Source: an uncultured Acidobacteriota bacterium
GTDB taxonomy: Bacteria; Acidobacteriota; Vicinamibacteria; Vicinamibacterales; CAVVIG01
Direction of reading: 5' to 3'
Assembly: GCA_963697745.1 (NCBI GenBank)
Contig: CAVOPD010000009.1
Coordinates: forward strand, 20,898-84,897
Length of the DNA stretch: 64,000 nucleotides
Under the pieces are notes generated by a model. The model saw nothing but the letters and a program-made list of their open reading frames with translations. It did no database searches and was not told the DNA's origin. Below, one piece after another: positions 43,922 to 53,917 of the stretch. The position numbers and the translations under genes are program-made. Position 1 is the first letter of the stretch. The number at the start of each line of letters is the position of its first letter.

Positions 43922-44166
43922 GTCCCTCGCCGAAGCGGCCAGTCAGCCGCGACCAGCGGACCACGCTCATTTCCGGGATGCTGGTTTTCGTCCTGATCGT
44001 TGTGATCCTCCAACTCTGGCTGCTGACCGCGACCATGAACGCGTGGCTCGGAGGTGATGACGCCGTGGTGTGGCCGGCGGCGGCCGTCAGCGCCGGCGGC
44101 CTGGGGTTGAATCTCGGATTGCTGGTTTTCCTGGGCAGGATCGAACGTACGCGGATCGGGGAGTAG
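43918..44166 (+). CDS. 82-aa two-TM membrane protein, translationally coupled to the Rieske gene
   Basis: An ATGA start/stop overlap lies at 43918-43921. The sequence is MSPSPKRPVSRDQRTTLISGMLVFVLIVVILQLWLL...VVWPAAAVSAGGLGLNLGLLVFLG. No family recognised. Confidence 0.5.
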   Translation: MSPSPKRPVSRDQRTTLISGMLVFVLIVVILQLWLLTATMNAWLGGDDAVVWPAAAVSAGGLGLNLGLLVFLGRIERTRIGE

Positions 44167-44284
44167 AACGCCATGGCGAGTACGCCGCGTGTACGGACTG
44201 CCCACGGCAGCCGTGCGCGGGAATTGCGTCAGGCGTCAAAATCTCCAATGGCGGGACCACTCGACTCCCCTAAAATGCGCCGCT

Positions 44285-46230
44285 TTACGGCAGTCGCGCG
44301 ACTTCCGCCCGTGCTTCCTTGAGAACTGGAATCCCCGGATCGGCATCCTTCCACAGCGCCAGGAGATCGTTGTAAGCGCTTTGCGCCTTCACGGTAGCGC
44401 CCGCGAGCACGAGAGCTCGCGCCAGTTGCAGACGCGCCATCGCGTCCATGGGATCGACGAGAACCATGCTGCGATGATCGAGGATGCGCTGGAACTCGCC
44501 GACAGCTTCGGCGGGTTGACGGGCGGCGAGGTACGCCAGTCCGCGAACATAGATGGGATACAGGCCGCCGAAACGTCCGATGAAGCCGACACGCCCAAGC
44601 GCGAGATCGTAGCGCGAGGCGGTCTGCAGCGCTTGAATCGCCGCGGCCGCATCAGGAGTGGGCGTGTTCAATGAGAACAGGGCCCGCAACGTCGGCAGAT
44701 ACATGAATTGCACCGACGTATCCTCAGGGAACTCCCGCGCGAGACCGTCGGCGAGGGCTCGCGATTGCGGCAGATCACCTGCGAGGGCAAGTGCGAACGC
44801 CGCGGCATAGTCCACTTCGCGACCGCCCCGTCCGAGCTCGAGCGCCCTGATGGCGCTGTGCCTCGCGGCGGCCGCATTCCCATAAAACGCTTCCCACACG
44901 GCGGTGCCCGCTTCGAACAAGCCGGCCCGTTCGCGTCGACCGGACTTCTGCGCGATCTGGACGGCGCCCTCGGCCATCCGTCTCGCGTCCTGCAACTGAC
45001 CCGAGCGAGCCAGGGCGAGCGCCTCTATATTAGAGATGCTGTCTTCCGTGGTGGGACTCTTCCGGGCCGCTGTCGCCGTCCGCCTGAGTTCGTTCTCGTT
45101 ACCCGTCAAGAAGGCAACGAAATACTGGGTCTGCAGCAACGAGGCGGATTCCAGCTTGCGCTCCGCCGCGAGTCGGACCGTCAGCAAGGAGTCATCAAGG
45201 CGATTCAGCAGGAGCTGATTGAATGCCCTGTTGCCATACGCCGGGTTCGAGTCGGGATCCAGCGCGATGGCCTTCTCGGTCTCGGCGATCGCCAACTCAT
45301 GTTGGCCGGTGCTCATCAGGGCGAGACCCGCACTCAACGTGTGTGGCGTCGCATCGCGCGGATAGCTCTCGGCCCACGTTTCCAACGTTCGTCGCTCTCG
45401 TTCCAGGTTCCCGGTGAAGTCGCGGTCGTACAGCGTGTCGATCCAGAAGCGCTCGGCGTCGCTGGCCCGATTGCGCAGCTGGTAGGCCTTCTGCAAGCTT
45501 TGTCGCGCGAGCGCCGACTCTCCCATGTCGCCGTAGCGGAACCCGACCTGCGCATGGGCCAGCGCAAAATCGGGATCGATAGCGACCGCACGTTGACCCA
45601 GCGCCAGGGCACGTACCAACGAGCCGGCAAGGGCCGCTTTGAATCCGGCGCTGTGGGCCTGCAGCGCTTCGAGCGACGAGGTCGTCGCTTCGAGCGGCGT
45701 CGAGTATCTCTCAATGGTGGCGAGCGATTCGCCAATTCGCGTTCGGAACCGAGTCGCCATCTGGCTGAGCGTGCTCAGAACATCTTCTTTCCGCGATGCC
45801 TGTGCCTGCTCGTCGGCGAGGATGTCCCCGGTCGCGCAGTTGGTTGCGTGCAGCCCGAGGACGTACTGACTGCCAAGCGCCGCAATCGATCCCTCCAGGA
45901 GCGCCGCGCTGCCCGTCCGAACGCACACAACCCGCGCAACGTCGGGGGTCAGTCGTGCATCCGCCGGCTGGTTCATCAATGGCAGCGTTCTTCGGATGCG
46001 TTCGTCGGAGATGAGACGCAGGAACGGCGACTGCTGAAGCTGCACCGCGAGTCCTTGTCGGAGCGTGTCGTCGAACACCGGGTCGCCCGTCGTGTTGGTG
46101 AACTCGCCGAGCACGATCGTGTCCTTGTCGGTGAGCGGCGCAGGATGGCGGTCATAGATCACGCCCGCGACGACGGCGGTGACGACGACGGCCGCCGCGC
46201 CGATCGACGAGCCACCGCGCGCGCACGACG
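44285..46230 (-). pseudogene. TM segment plus periplasmic/TPR sensor part of a Ser/Thr kinase, separated from the kinase domain by one frame change
   Basis: ORF 44285..46162(-). The same frame continues upstream of its GTG as [64 protein letters not shown] (TM helix hand-translated). A long TPR-like helical region follows. Confidence 0.7.
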
Positions 46231-47298
46231 CCCGGGCGTCGCGTGCGGCGCCACCGTGGCGCCTTGCCCGCGTCGCAGACGTTCGAGATCGGTGCGCAGG
46301 TCGGCGGCGTGTTGATATCGAAGTTCGCGCTCACTCTCGAGACACTTCGAGATGATGCGCTCCAGCTCCGGCGATTCCTCGACGCGCAGCCGGACGACCT
46401 GCGAGGGCCGCGTCCCCTTGACCATTTCGTAGAGCACCAGGCCGAAGCTCCAGATGTCGGCGCGGTGATCCACGGCCTCGCCGCGGGCCTGCTCCGGCGC
46501 CATGTAGGCGGCTGTTCCCATCACGACACCCTGCCGGGTGCCGGCCATCGTGGTCACGTCCGCCTGCGGTGTGCTTGACGCTCGCATCTTGGCGAGGCCG
46601 AAATCGAGTACTTTCGCGCGATCGCGCGCGGCGATGAAGATGTTGGCGGGTTTGATGTCGCGGTGGATGATCCCCGCACTATGCGCGGCGTCCAGCGCGT
46701 CGGCAATCTGGATGCCCACGTCGAGCAGCGTGTCGAGGCTCAGCGCACCCGCGGCGAGCCGGTCCTGCAGCGTCGTGCCCTCCAGATACTCCATGGCGAT
46801 GAACGCGCGTCCGTCCTGCTCGCCGACGTCGTAGATGGTGCAGATGTGTGGATGGTTGAGCGCCGACGCAGTCCGGGCTTCGCGCTGAAAGCGGCTCAGG
46901 GCCTCGGCATCACTCGCCAGATCTGCGGACACGAACTTGAGCGCAACGGGACGGTGAAGCCGCGAATCTTCGGCCTTGTACACGACGCCCATCCCGCCGC
47001 CGCCGAGCTTCTCGATGATGCGGTAGTGCGAGAACGTCTGACCGATCAGCGGATCGCCGCCGGCCTGACTGCCGTCGTCGCTGCGCTCTACGGCGAGCTC
47101 GCGTGCGGCGAGATCGATCGCCGGAGCGCCGAGGAACCTGTCGGCACGGTCGTGTGCGGCGAGCAGCGAACGGACGTCGTCTTCCAGCCGTTGGTCGCCG
47201 CCACACACGTTGCGAAGATAGGCGTCGCGCTCTACCGCGGGAATGTCGAGCGCGGATTGCAGCAGCTGATCGACGTGATTCCAGCGGTCATTGTCCAT
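46159..47298 (-). pseudogene. Ser/Thr protein kinase domain (Hanks-type), N-terminal part of the split kinase-TM-TPR gene
   Basis: [20 protein letters not shown]...[35 protein letters not shown]. The ORF ends in the Arg/Ser-rich text [17 protein letters not shown] exactly where the next frame shows a TM helix, implying an indel near 46190-46215. Its start overlaps the sigma-factor stop by 11 nt. Confidence 0.8.
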
Positions 47299-47887
47299 TG
47301 GCGGTCGGGCCGGCGAGCTCTCGATACAACCAGGCTTTCGCGCTTTTCCACTCGCGCATCACGGTGATCGGCGAGACGCGCAGCACTTCGGCGGTTTCCT
47401 CGACGCTCAGGCCGCCGAAGAAGCGCAGCTCGACGACTTTCGCTTTGCGCGGCGCCCGCGCCGCCAACGCGTTCAAGGCATCGTCCAGGGCCCCGAAATC
47501 ATCGGAGCGATCGACGCAGATAACAGCCTCGGCATCGAGCGAGACATGCTCGGCGTTCGCGCCCCGCTTCGCATTGCGCCGCCGCGCCTGGTCGACGAGG
47601 ATGCGGCGCATGGCCTGCGCCGCTGCCGCCATGAAATGCGCCCGGTTCTGCCAGTGCATGCGTTTGTAGTCGACCAGCCGCATGTAGGCCTCATTGACCA
47701 GCGCCGTCGTCTGCAGGCTGTGGCCGGCGCGCTCGCGCCTCATGTAGTGGTGCGCCAGACGACGGAGCTCGTCGTGAACGATCGGCATCAGGAGGGCGAG
47801 CGCACGCTGGTCCCCGTCGCTCCACGCTCGGAGAAGCGAGCTGACGTCGCCTGGAACCGGTTCATCCGTGCTTACGCCGCGATGCAT
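47288..47887 (-). CDS. ECF sigma factor of the TIGR02999 / kinase-associated type
   Basis: From the internal ATG at 47887: [73 protein letters not shown]...[26 protein letters not shown]...[41 protein letters not shown]. Confidence 0.85.
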   Translation of the reverse strand: MHRGVSTDEPVPGDVSSLLRAWSDGDQRALALLMPIVHDELRRLAHHYMRRERAGHSLQTTALVNEAYMRLVDYKRMHWQNRAHFMAAAAQAMRRILVDQARRRNAKRGANAEHVSLDAEAVICVDRSDDFGALDDALNALAARAPRKAKVVELRFFGGLSVEETAEVLRVSPITVMREWKSAKAWLYRELAGPTANGQ

Positions 47888-48150
47888 CGTGCCGCGTCGG
47901 ATTATATATGCGGCCTTCTCCTTTTCTTCGACTGATAGCGCCGTCGCGGCTTTTGCGCCTATCTGAGTAGAGAGCCCGACTGACGTCACGGACAGCGTCG
48001 ATGCTCGGGCGGATCTGGCCGCTGCCCGTGCCGACCGGCTGACCGGCGTGCGTGACCGGAGACGGTCGGCGAAAAGAGCCGGGAGCGCGAAGTGTCCGCG
48101 CCCGATTGAAGCGCATCAAATCGGAATTGTCGGTTTACAGGAGGTCCAAC

Positions 48151-48579
48151 ATGTCAAATGTGTTTAGTCGCGCGTGTACCTTGTTCGTGGTGGTTGGGGG
48201 ATTGGGGATTGGAGCTTGCGCATCGCCGTCGACGCCGAGCGCCATACCGTTGGCAGGGGACGTTGGCTCTGGGCTGACGGCGATCTCCCCTGCAGTTACG
48301 GACACGACGCTCGTGAATACCGGTTGGACCTGTAGAGCGCCCACACCCAGCCTGACAGTCTGCGCACCTCCAGGCCTGGGCTTTCCTCCCAGGCCGCCCA
48401 TTCCCAACAATGGAGGAGCACCGAGTTACACCGTCTGGGCATTCGTCAACCACCAGTTCGACCATCGCGTAAAGTTTCTACGTCCTGACCTCTATCGGGG
48501 CCAGCCATGCCTGGGTGATGAGCCCTGGACTTTGTTTGCGCCAGTCAACTACTACGAGTGCATCGACCCGGCCCGATAG
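48151..48579 (+). CDS. Small lipoprotein, function unknown
   Basis: AGGAGG lies 5 nt upstream of ATG at 48151. MSNVFSRACTLFVVVGGLGIGAC provides a lipobox Cys. There are four further Cys. No family recognised. Confidence 0.55.
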   Translation: MSNVFSRACTLFVVVGGLGIGACASPSTPSAIPLAGDVGSGLTAISPAVTDTTLVNTGWTCRAPTPSLTVCAPPGLGFPPRPPIPNNGGAPSYTVWAFVNHQFDHRVKFLRPDLYRGQPCLGDEPWTLFAPVNYYECIDPAR

Positions 48580-48659
48580 GGGAACGCGCGTTCGCGGTGG
48601 CGTCGGTCAAACGGAGAGAACGTTTGGCCGGCGCCATTTCAATTTGGGAAATCAGTCCT

Positions 48660-49187
48660 TCATGACCGTCCCACGCTCGCGCCGACGCTGACGAGCAGCT
48701 CGTCCAGTTGTTCGAACGTCTCGCTGAACCCACCTGTACTCCCGGAGGCGATGGCATCGTCGAGCGCTTCCTTCGACGGGTAGAGGTCGTGGATCACGAC
48801 CAGGGTCTCGGCACCTCGTTCTTCAAAGGTCACCGTGGTGACGGCCCCGGCTTCGCCACCTTCGTCATTCGTCCAGACGAGGCGGGAGTGCGGCATCACT
48901 TCGTTGTACCGGCCGAAGAACGCCATGGGCTCCGCGGAGGCAGGGTGGCTGAACACCAAACGGTACGTGCCCCCGACGCGAACATCCATTTCGCAGGACA
49001 GCAGGGACAGGCCAAACGACTTCGGTACCCACCACCGCTTGAACAGCTCGGGCCTGGTCCAGGCCTCGAACACGATGCGCGCCGGGCCGTTGAAGGTTCG
49101 CATCACGATGAGCTCACGCTCGGACTTCCGTTCCACCGTCGTGCGGTTCTTCATGGGTGTGGGCTCATTTTCTTTTTTTGCGTCCAT
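48660..49187 (-). CDS. SRPBCC superfamily protein (Aha1/AHSA1-like)
   Basis: ELIVMRTFNGPARIVFEAWTRPELFKRWWVPKSFGLSLLSCEMDVRVGGTYRLVF...MPHSRLVWT...VTTVTFEERGAETLVVIHDLY. An alternative start at 49154 would remove the overlap with the ArsR gene. Confidence 0.8.
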   Translation of the reverse strand: MDAKKENEPTPMKNRTTVERKSERELIVMRTFNGPARIVFEAWTRPELFKRWWVPKSFGLSLLSCEMDVRVGGTYRLVFSHPASAEPMAFFGRYNEVMPHSRLVWTNDEGGEAGAVTTVTFEERGAETLVVIHDLYPSKEALDDAIASGSTGGFSETFEQLDELLVSVGASVGRS

Positions 49188-49530
49188 CGACCTTCTCCTT
49201 CCGTTTCAGTTCCTCGACGACCTCGTCCAGTTCGTCGAAGCGTGCGGTCCAGAGCTGGCGGTACCTCTCGATCCACGTCGCCTCTTCCAGCAGTGGACAC
49301 AGGCCGAGCCTGCAGGTCCGCACGCGCCCGACCTTCTCCGTGACGACGAGCCCCGCCTGCTCCAGGACGCCGACATGCTTCTTCATGCCGGTGAGGGTCA
49401 TGTGGAACTTCTCGGCAAGGTCCGTGATCGACGCGTCTGCGCGTCCGAGCTGCTCCAGAACGCCCCGTCGGGTGGCGTCCGAGAGCGCGGCGAACGACGC
49501 ATCCAGGCGGGTTTGTGAATACTGAACCAT
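49165..49530 (-). CDS. ArsR/SmtB family transcriptional regulator
   Basis: FAALSDATRRGVLEQLGRADASITDLAEKFHMTLTGMKKHVGVLEQAGLVVTEKVGRVRTCRL is a winged HTH. It sits directly upstream of the SRPBCC gene, a common pairing. Confidence 0.85.
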   Translation of the reverse strand: MVQYSQTRLDASFAALSDATRRGVLEQLGRADASITDLAEKFHMTLTGMKKHVGVLEQAGLVVTEKVGRVRTCRLGLCPLLEEATWIERYRQLWTARFDELDEVVEELKRKEKVDGRKKRK

Positions 49531-49672
49531 CTAGTTCAGTATTTATCACACCGATTGGCGGCATGCAAGGGACGTTCACCAGGGGTTCGTCGACTTGCTG
49601 CACGGCCGGGCACCGACCTGGTGTCACAGCATCCTCCCTGATTTCGTCTTATGAGTGGAGGCAAGAGAGATC

Positions 49673-50151
49673 ATGAACGCACGAATCAAGCTCATGAACG
49701 TGAACCCGGGCATCCTCCACGCGATGCTCGGCCTCGAAAAACAGGTCAGCAAGGGTGGACTCGACAGCACCCTGCTGAACCTCGTCCGCATGCGCGCCTC
49801 GCAAATCAACGGTTGCGCCTATTGTCTGGACATGCACAGCAAGGATGCACGTGCAGCCGGTGAGACGGAGCAACGCCTCTACGGCCTCGACGCCTGGCGC
49901 GAGACGCCGGTCATGCTCATGCCGGGAGCGCGCCGGTCTCGAATGGACTGAGGCGCTGACGCTCGTCACGGAGGGGCATGTCGCAGACGACGTGTACGAG
50001 CGTGTGCGGCAGGAGTTTTCGGAAGACGAGCTTGCGCACCTCAGCCTCGCGATCGTCGCGATCAACGGCTGGAACCGGCTCAATGTCGCCGCCCGTACGG
50101 GTACCCGGCGCCTATGTGCCCAACAGCCTTGCGACGCATGCAACGAGCTGA
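49673..50151 (+). pseudogene. AhpD-core / carboxymuconolactone decarboxylase family protein with 1-2 frame changes
   Basis: MNARIKLMNVNPGILHAMLGLEKQV...LVRMRASQINGCAYCLDMHSKDARAAGETEQRLYGLDAWRETP. After a shift at about 49930 it continues ERAGLEWTEALTLVTEGHVADDVYERVRQEFSEDELAHLSLAIVAINGWNRL. The end, at TGA 50149-50151, is tentative. Confidence 0.7.
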
Positions 50152-50325
50152 TCGCACAGGTTCCGCTGCACGACGGCTGCGGAGTTAGCGCGACCCCACA
50201 CTGCGCACTGCCCGGAGCCGACTGCCCTATGATCATCTCGTCGTGGCGCTGAGTGGTTCCACGAACGAGCAGCTGATCCCTGGCTCAAGGCAACGCGTTC
50301 ACGTTCAGACGATGGCGGGTTACAG

Positions 50326-51029
50326 ATGAGAATCGGAATCATCGGCGCCGGCATGATCGGCGGAACGCTGGCGAGAAGGCTCGCGCAGCTCGGTCACCAG
50401 ATCGCGATCGCAAACTCGCGTGGACCAGAGACGCTGCGCGACTTTGCGTCGGAGGTTGGCGCAACCGCGGTAACGGCACTCGACGCTGTGCGTCGCGGGG
50501 AGATGTGGTCATCGCTATTCCGCAGGGCGGAGTGCCCGACCTGCCCAGCGGTCTCTTTGCCGGAGTGCCGGACGATGTCGTCGTGATCGACACAGGGAAT
50601 TACTATCCGAGTCGTGACGGTCGCATTGCCGCGATCGAGCAGGGACAACCGGAAAGCGCCTGGGTCGCCGACCAGATCGGCCGGCCGGTGATCAAGGCCT
50701 TCAACAACATCTACTTCAAGAGCCTCCTTGACAATGGCCGCCCGAAAGGCGCGCCAGACCGCATTGCGCTTCCAATCGCTGGCGATCCGTTCGAGGCGCG
50801 CGCCAGGGTGTTGCACCTGGTCGACGAACTCGGCTTCGATCCGATCGATGCGGGCGGGCTTGACGAGTCGTGGCGCCAGCAGCCGGGCACGCCCTGCTAC
50901 GCGCGCGACAACAATGCTGCGCAGCTGAAGGCGGCGCTCGCTTCAGCCGTGCGGAGCCGCGTGGCTGAGTATCGTAAGGCGGCCGACGATGCGGCGAAAG
51001 CGTTCTTCCGTGCCGAGCCCGGTCGGTGA
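50326..51029 (+). pseudogene. NADP oxidoreductase, coenzyme-F420-dependent-like (NADPH-dependent F420 reductase family) with one frame change near 50505
   Basis: MRIGIIGAGMIGGTLARRLAQLGHQIAIANSRGPETL in frame 50326 is followed by VVIAIPQGGVPDL...VVIDTGNYYP...VIKAFNNIYFKSL...IALPIAGDPFEARARVLHLVDELGFDPIDAGGL in frame 50505..51029. Confidence 0.7.
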
Positions 51030-51268
51030 GCGCGGCGCTTGTTTGACGGACTGGGGGAGAGCGAGGGATGCTCCTCATAGGTCCCGACCGACGGCACGCG
51101 TAAGGTCACCCGTGCTGCAAGCCCGGAGTGGTGAGGGTCCGGATGCGGTCGGTTGAATATTCCGCACGATTGCGCGTTTTCCCGTTCGTGCAGACCAGCG
51201 GCACGGCAATCTTGCCCCGGCGAAACAGTGCGTAGTGCTGGCACGCAGCCTGCGTCATTACCACGGCG

Positions 51269-51823
51269 ATGCCGCGAGTCTCGAACCACGTCGCCCCGCG
51301 TGGCCTCGTCGCGATCGCGCGTCACTACATAGGTGACGTCGTCTACGGCGCGAATGATGGACTGGTCACGACGTTCGCGGCAGTCGCGGGGGTCGAGGGA
51401 GGTGCGCTCAGCCCGGCTGCGGTGCTGATCGTCGGCATCGCAAACCTCGCCGCTGACGGTCTCTCGATGGGCATCGGCAACTACCTGGCACTTCGCAGGC
51501 GCGAGCATGCCCGCGAGGCGGACAACCTGCCCGAAGAGGAGTCGGAACCCGCGCGTCACGGCGTCGCCACGTTTCTGGCGTTCGTGGTGGCGGGTACTGT
51601 TCCACTGCTGCCCTATGCGGCAGCCGTGCGTGCCCCGTCTCGCGGATGGAGTTCGGCCGCGTTGACGCTCGCTGCCCTGTTCGCCCTCGGCGCCGCGCGT
51701 GGCGTCGTCACGCGGCGGACATGGTGGACAACAGGGCTCGAGGTTCTGGTGCTGGGTGCGTTGGCAGGCGCCGCGGCCTACGGCGCGGGTGCGTTCGTCT
51801 CTCGCCTGCTCATGCGATCCTGA
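51269..51823 (+). CDS. VIT1/CCC1-family (vacuolar iron transporter-like) membrane protein
   Basis: RHYIGDVVYGANDGLVTTFAAVAGVEGGALSPAAVLIVGIANLAADGLSMGIGNYLALR is followed by three more TM segments. The N-terminal limit is uncertain. Confidence 0.75.
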   Translation: MPRVSNHVAPRGLVAIARHYIGDVVYGANDGLVTTFAAVAGVEGGALSPAAVLIVGIANLAADGLSMGIGNYLALRRREHAREADNLPEEESEPARHGVATFLAFVVAGTVPLLPYAAAVRAPSRGWSSAALTLAALFALGAARGVVTRRTWWTTGLEVLVLGALAGAAAYGAGAFVSRLLMRS

Positions 51824-51931
51824 TAGTGCTGGTCCGATTCTGATAGCCTGCCGTGACGCAAGGCCACACCTGCCGAAGCCGCGGTAAATGATGCGTGTCC
51901 TGTCGCTCCCGTTGCACGTTCGTAGCTCGCA

Positions 51932-52958
51932 TCATCGCTCCCGGTGATGCAACGCACGAATGTAGTTGGCGCGCTCGAAGACCCCTGGATCCGCGACGGC
52001 CCTCAGGCTGACACGGCCCTGCATCGCCCCAATGGACGGGACAGTGTTCTGCTCCATCCACGCGATCAGCTTCTCGCGCATCACGTTCAAGTACTGCGGT
52101 CCATGACGCAGAAGCGCGGACACCATCTGCACGGCATCCGCACCGGCGAGAATGGCCTTGACGCCATCGTTCCACGTTTCCACGCCACCGGTGACTGCCA
52201 GCGAGGGTCGGATGCGGCCGTGAAGAATCGCGAGCCACCGCAGGCGAAGCTGGAGTTCGGCGCTTCGCGACAGTTCGAGCGACGCGGCAGCGGTCATCGT
52301 CCGCGTGTCGATGTCGGGCTGATAGAAGCGATTGAACAGGACGAGCGCGTCTGCGCCCGCGAGATCCAGCGAGTGAGCCACGTTGCCGAAGGCCGTGAAG
52401 AATGGTGACAGCTTGACGGACACCGGGATGCGCACCAGACGCTTGAGGTTGGTGACTGCACTGAGGATCTCTCCTTCGACCGCTGCCGCCGACGTCGAAA
52501 AGTCGGTCACGACCTGGTAGAAGTTGATCTCGAGGGCGTCGGCGCCCGCCTCCTCCAGCAGGCTCGCGCTCTTGAGCCACTCCCCTGCATTCGTCCCATT
52601 CAATGACGCGATGACCGGCACCGCAACTGCGGCCTTGACACGTCGCAGGTGGTCGATGTGCTCGTCGGGCGAAAACGGGTATGCGGAGGAGCGGCGGGAA
52701 TGCCGCGAGCCGTTCAGCGAACTGCGCATCCTCGTCGGGCAACCCGTGGATCCGTCCGTCCCGCGCATCAGTGATCTGCTCCTCGAAGAGCGAGTGGAGC
52801 ACGATTGCCGAGGCGCCTCCGTCCTCGAGCCGTCTCACGCCATCGAGATCCGCGCTGAGCGGCGAGGCTCCTGCCATGAACGGGTGGCGCAGGGCCAGGC
52901 CCATGTACTGCGTACGCGTATCCACTGCAGACGCTGCTGGCAGTTTCTCGGGCGGCAT
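51932..52958 (-). pseudogene. Dihydroorotate-dehydrogenase-like TIM-barrel flavoprotein with one frame change near 52690
   Basis: The N-terminus (hand-located ATG at 52958) reads MPPEKLPAASAVDTRTQYMGLALRHPFMAGASPLSADLDGVRRLEDGGASAIVLHSLFEEQI. ORF 51932..52768 follows: PVIASLNGTN...GADALEINFY...IPVSVKLSPFF...GADALVLFNRF...LAVTGGVETWNDGVKAILAGADAVQMVSALL. Confidence 0.7.
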
Positions 52959-52996
52959 ATGCACTCTCCCTTGGCGGACCCCGCAATCTCGGCGAA

Positions 52997-53722
52997 CTAC
53001 ATTGCAGCCGCTGCGGTGACCCGCTTTGCACTGGTCATGGTCCGGCGATCCGGATACAAGGCCACCTTCAGCACGCCGTCGCGCTGCTGGCTGAAGAGAT
53101 CGAAGGCCTCCTGAATGTCGTCGAGCGCGAAGTGGTGCGTGACGAGCGGCGTCAGATCCACGCGCCGGTTGTCGATCATGGCCATGAGTCGCCGCATCCG
53201 CTCCTTGCCGCCGGGACAGAGGGTGGTGACGATCTTCTGATCGCCCAGTCCGGCGTAGAGCGCCTCGTACGGCGCGACCAGCTTTCCCGAGTACACGCCG
53301 AGGCTCGAGAGCGTTCCGCCTGCGCGGGCGTCCGGCACCAGCAGGTACTCGGCCCAGGCGCCGTTGATGGTGTTGCCGAACCGCCAGCCGCCAAGCGGCC
53401 CGCCGCACTGCGAATAGGCGCCGTTGAGGCAATAGAAGCACTGACCACACGGAGTGATGGCGCCGACAATCACGCGCTGACCCACCTGATAGAACTCGTC
53501 GAGTCCGGCGCCGAGCGCGTCGATGACGCCGACCGGTTCATGGCCGAGCACCAGCCCGGGCCTCACCGGATACTCGCCGCGGACAATGTGGACGTCAGTG
53601 CCGCAGATCGTCGTCATCGTGATCCGGATGACGGCCTCCCCGGCACGGGGCGTGGGCTTGTCGACGTCTTCGACGGCAATCCGGTCCTTACCCTTGAACA
53701 CGACCGCCTTCATCGTCGCCAT
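52997..53722 (-). pseudogene. Zn-dependent alcohol dehydrogenase (MDR family) lacking the nucleotide-binding domain through an in-frame internal deletion
   Basis: The catalytic-domain text is normal: ICGTDVHIVRGEYP...VLGHEPVGVI...GAITPCGQCFYCLNG...AWAEYLLVPDA. The ORF then jumps straight to RAGGTLSSLGVYSG...TTLCPGGKERMRRLMAMID...LVTHHFALDDIQEAFDLF. It is 241 aa against about 340-350 expected, and no GxGxxG is present. Confidence 0.75.
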
Positions 53723-53917
53723 CGCGTCCTCCAGTCACCCTCTGCGCCGACGGTCCGTCCAGACCGCGCCATGCTGTTGATTGGCCTGGGCGAAATTCCC
53801 TACGAGCTGCGAATAATTCCGCTGGCCGCGTGCTGCGGTTCGCCGAAATCCGTGCAGTCGGTGAACGGCATTGATTCGGGAAGGACGAGAGCAAGTCACG
53901 ATCCGACGCGAGTCGCC

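Noticed and set aside
51810-53450. A 546-aa minus-strand ORF spanning two genes.
   Set aside because: It is an off-frame read-through across the DHODH-like and ADH genes. Only a short stretch of it (MPPEKLPAASAVDTRTQYMGLALRHPFMAG...) is real, and that stretch belongs to the DHODH-like gene.
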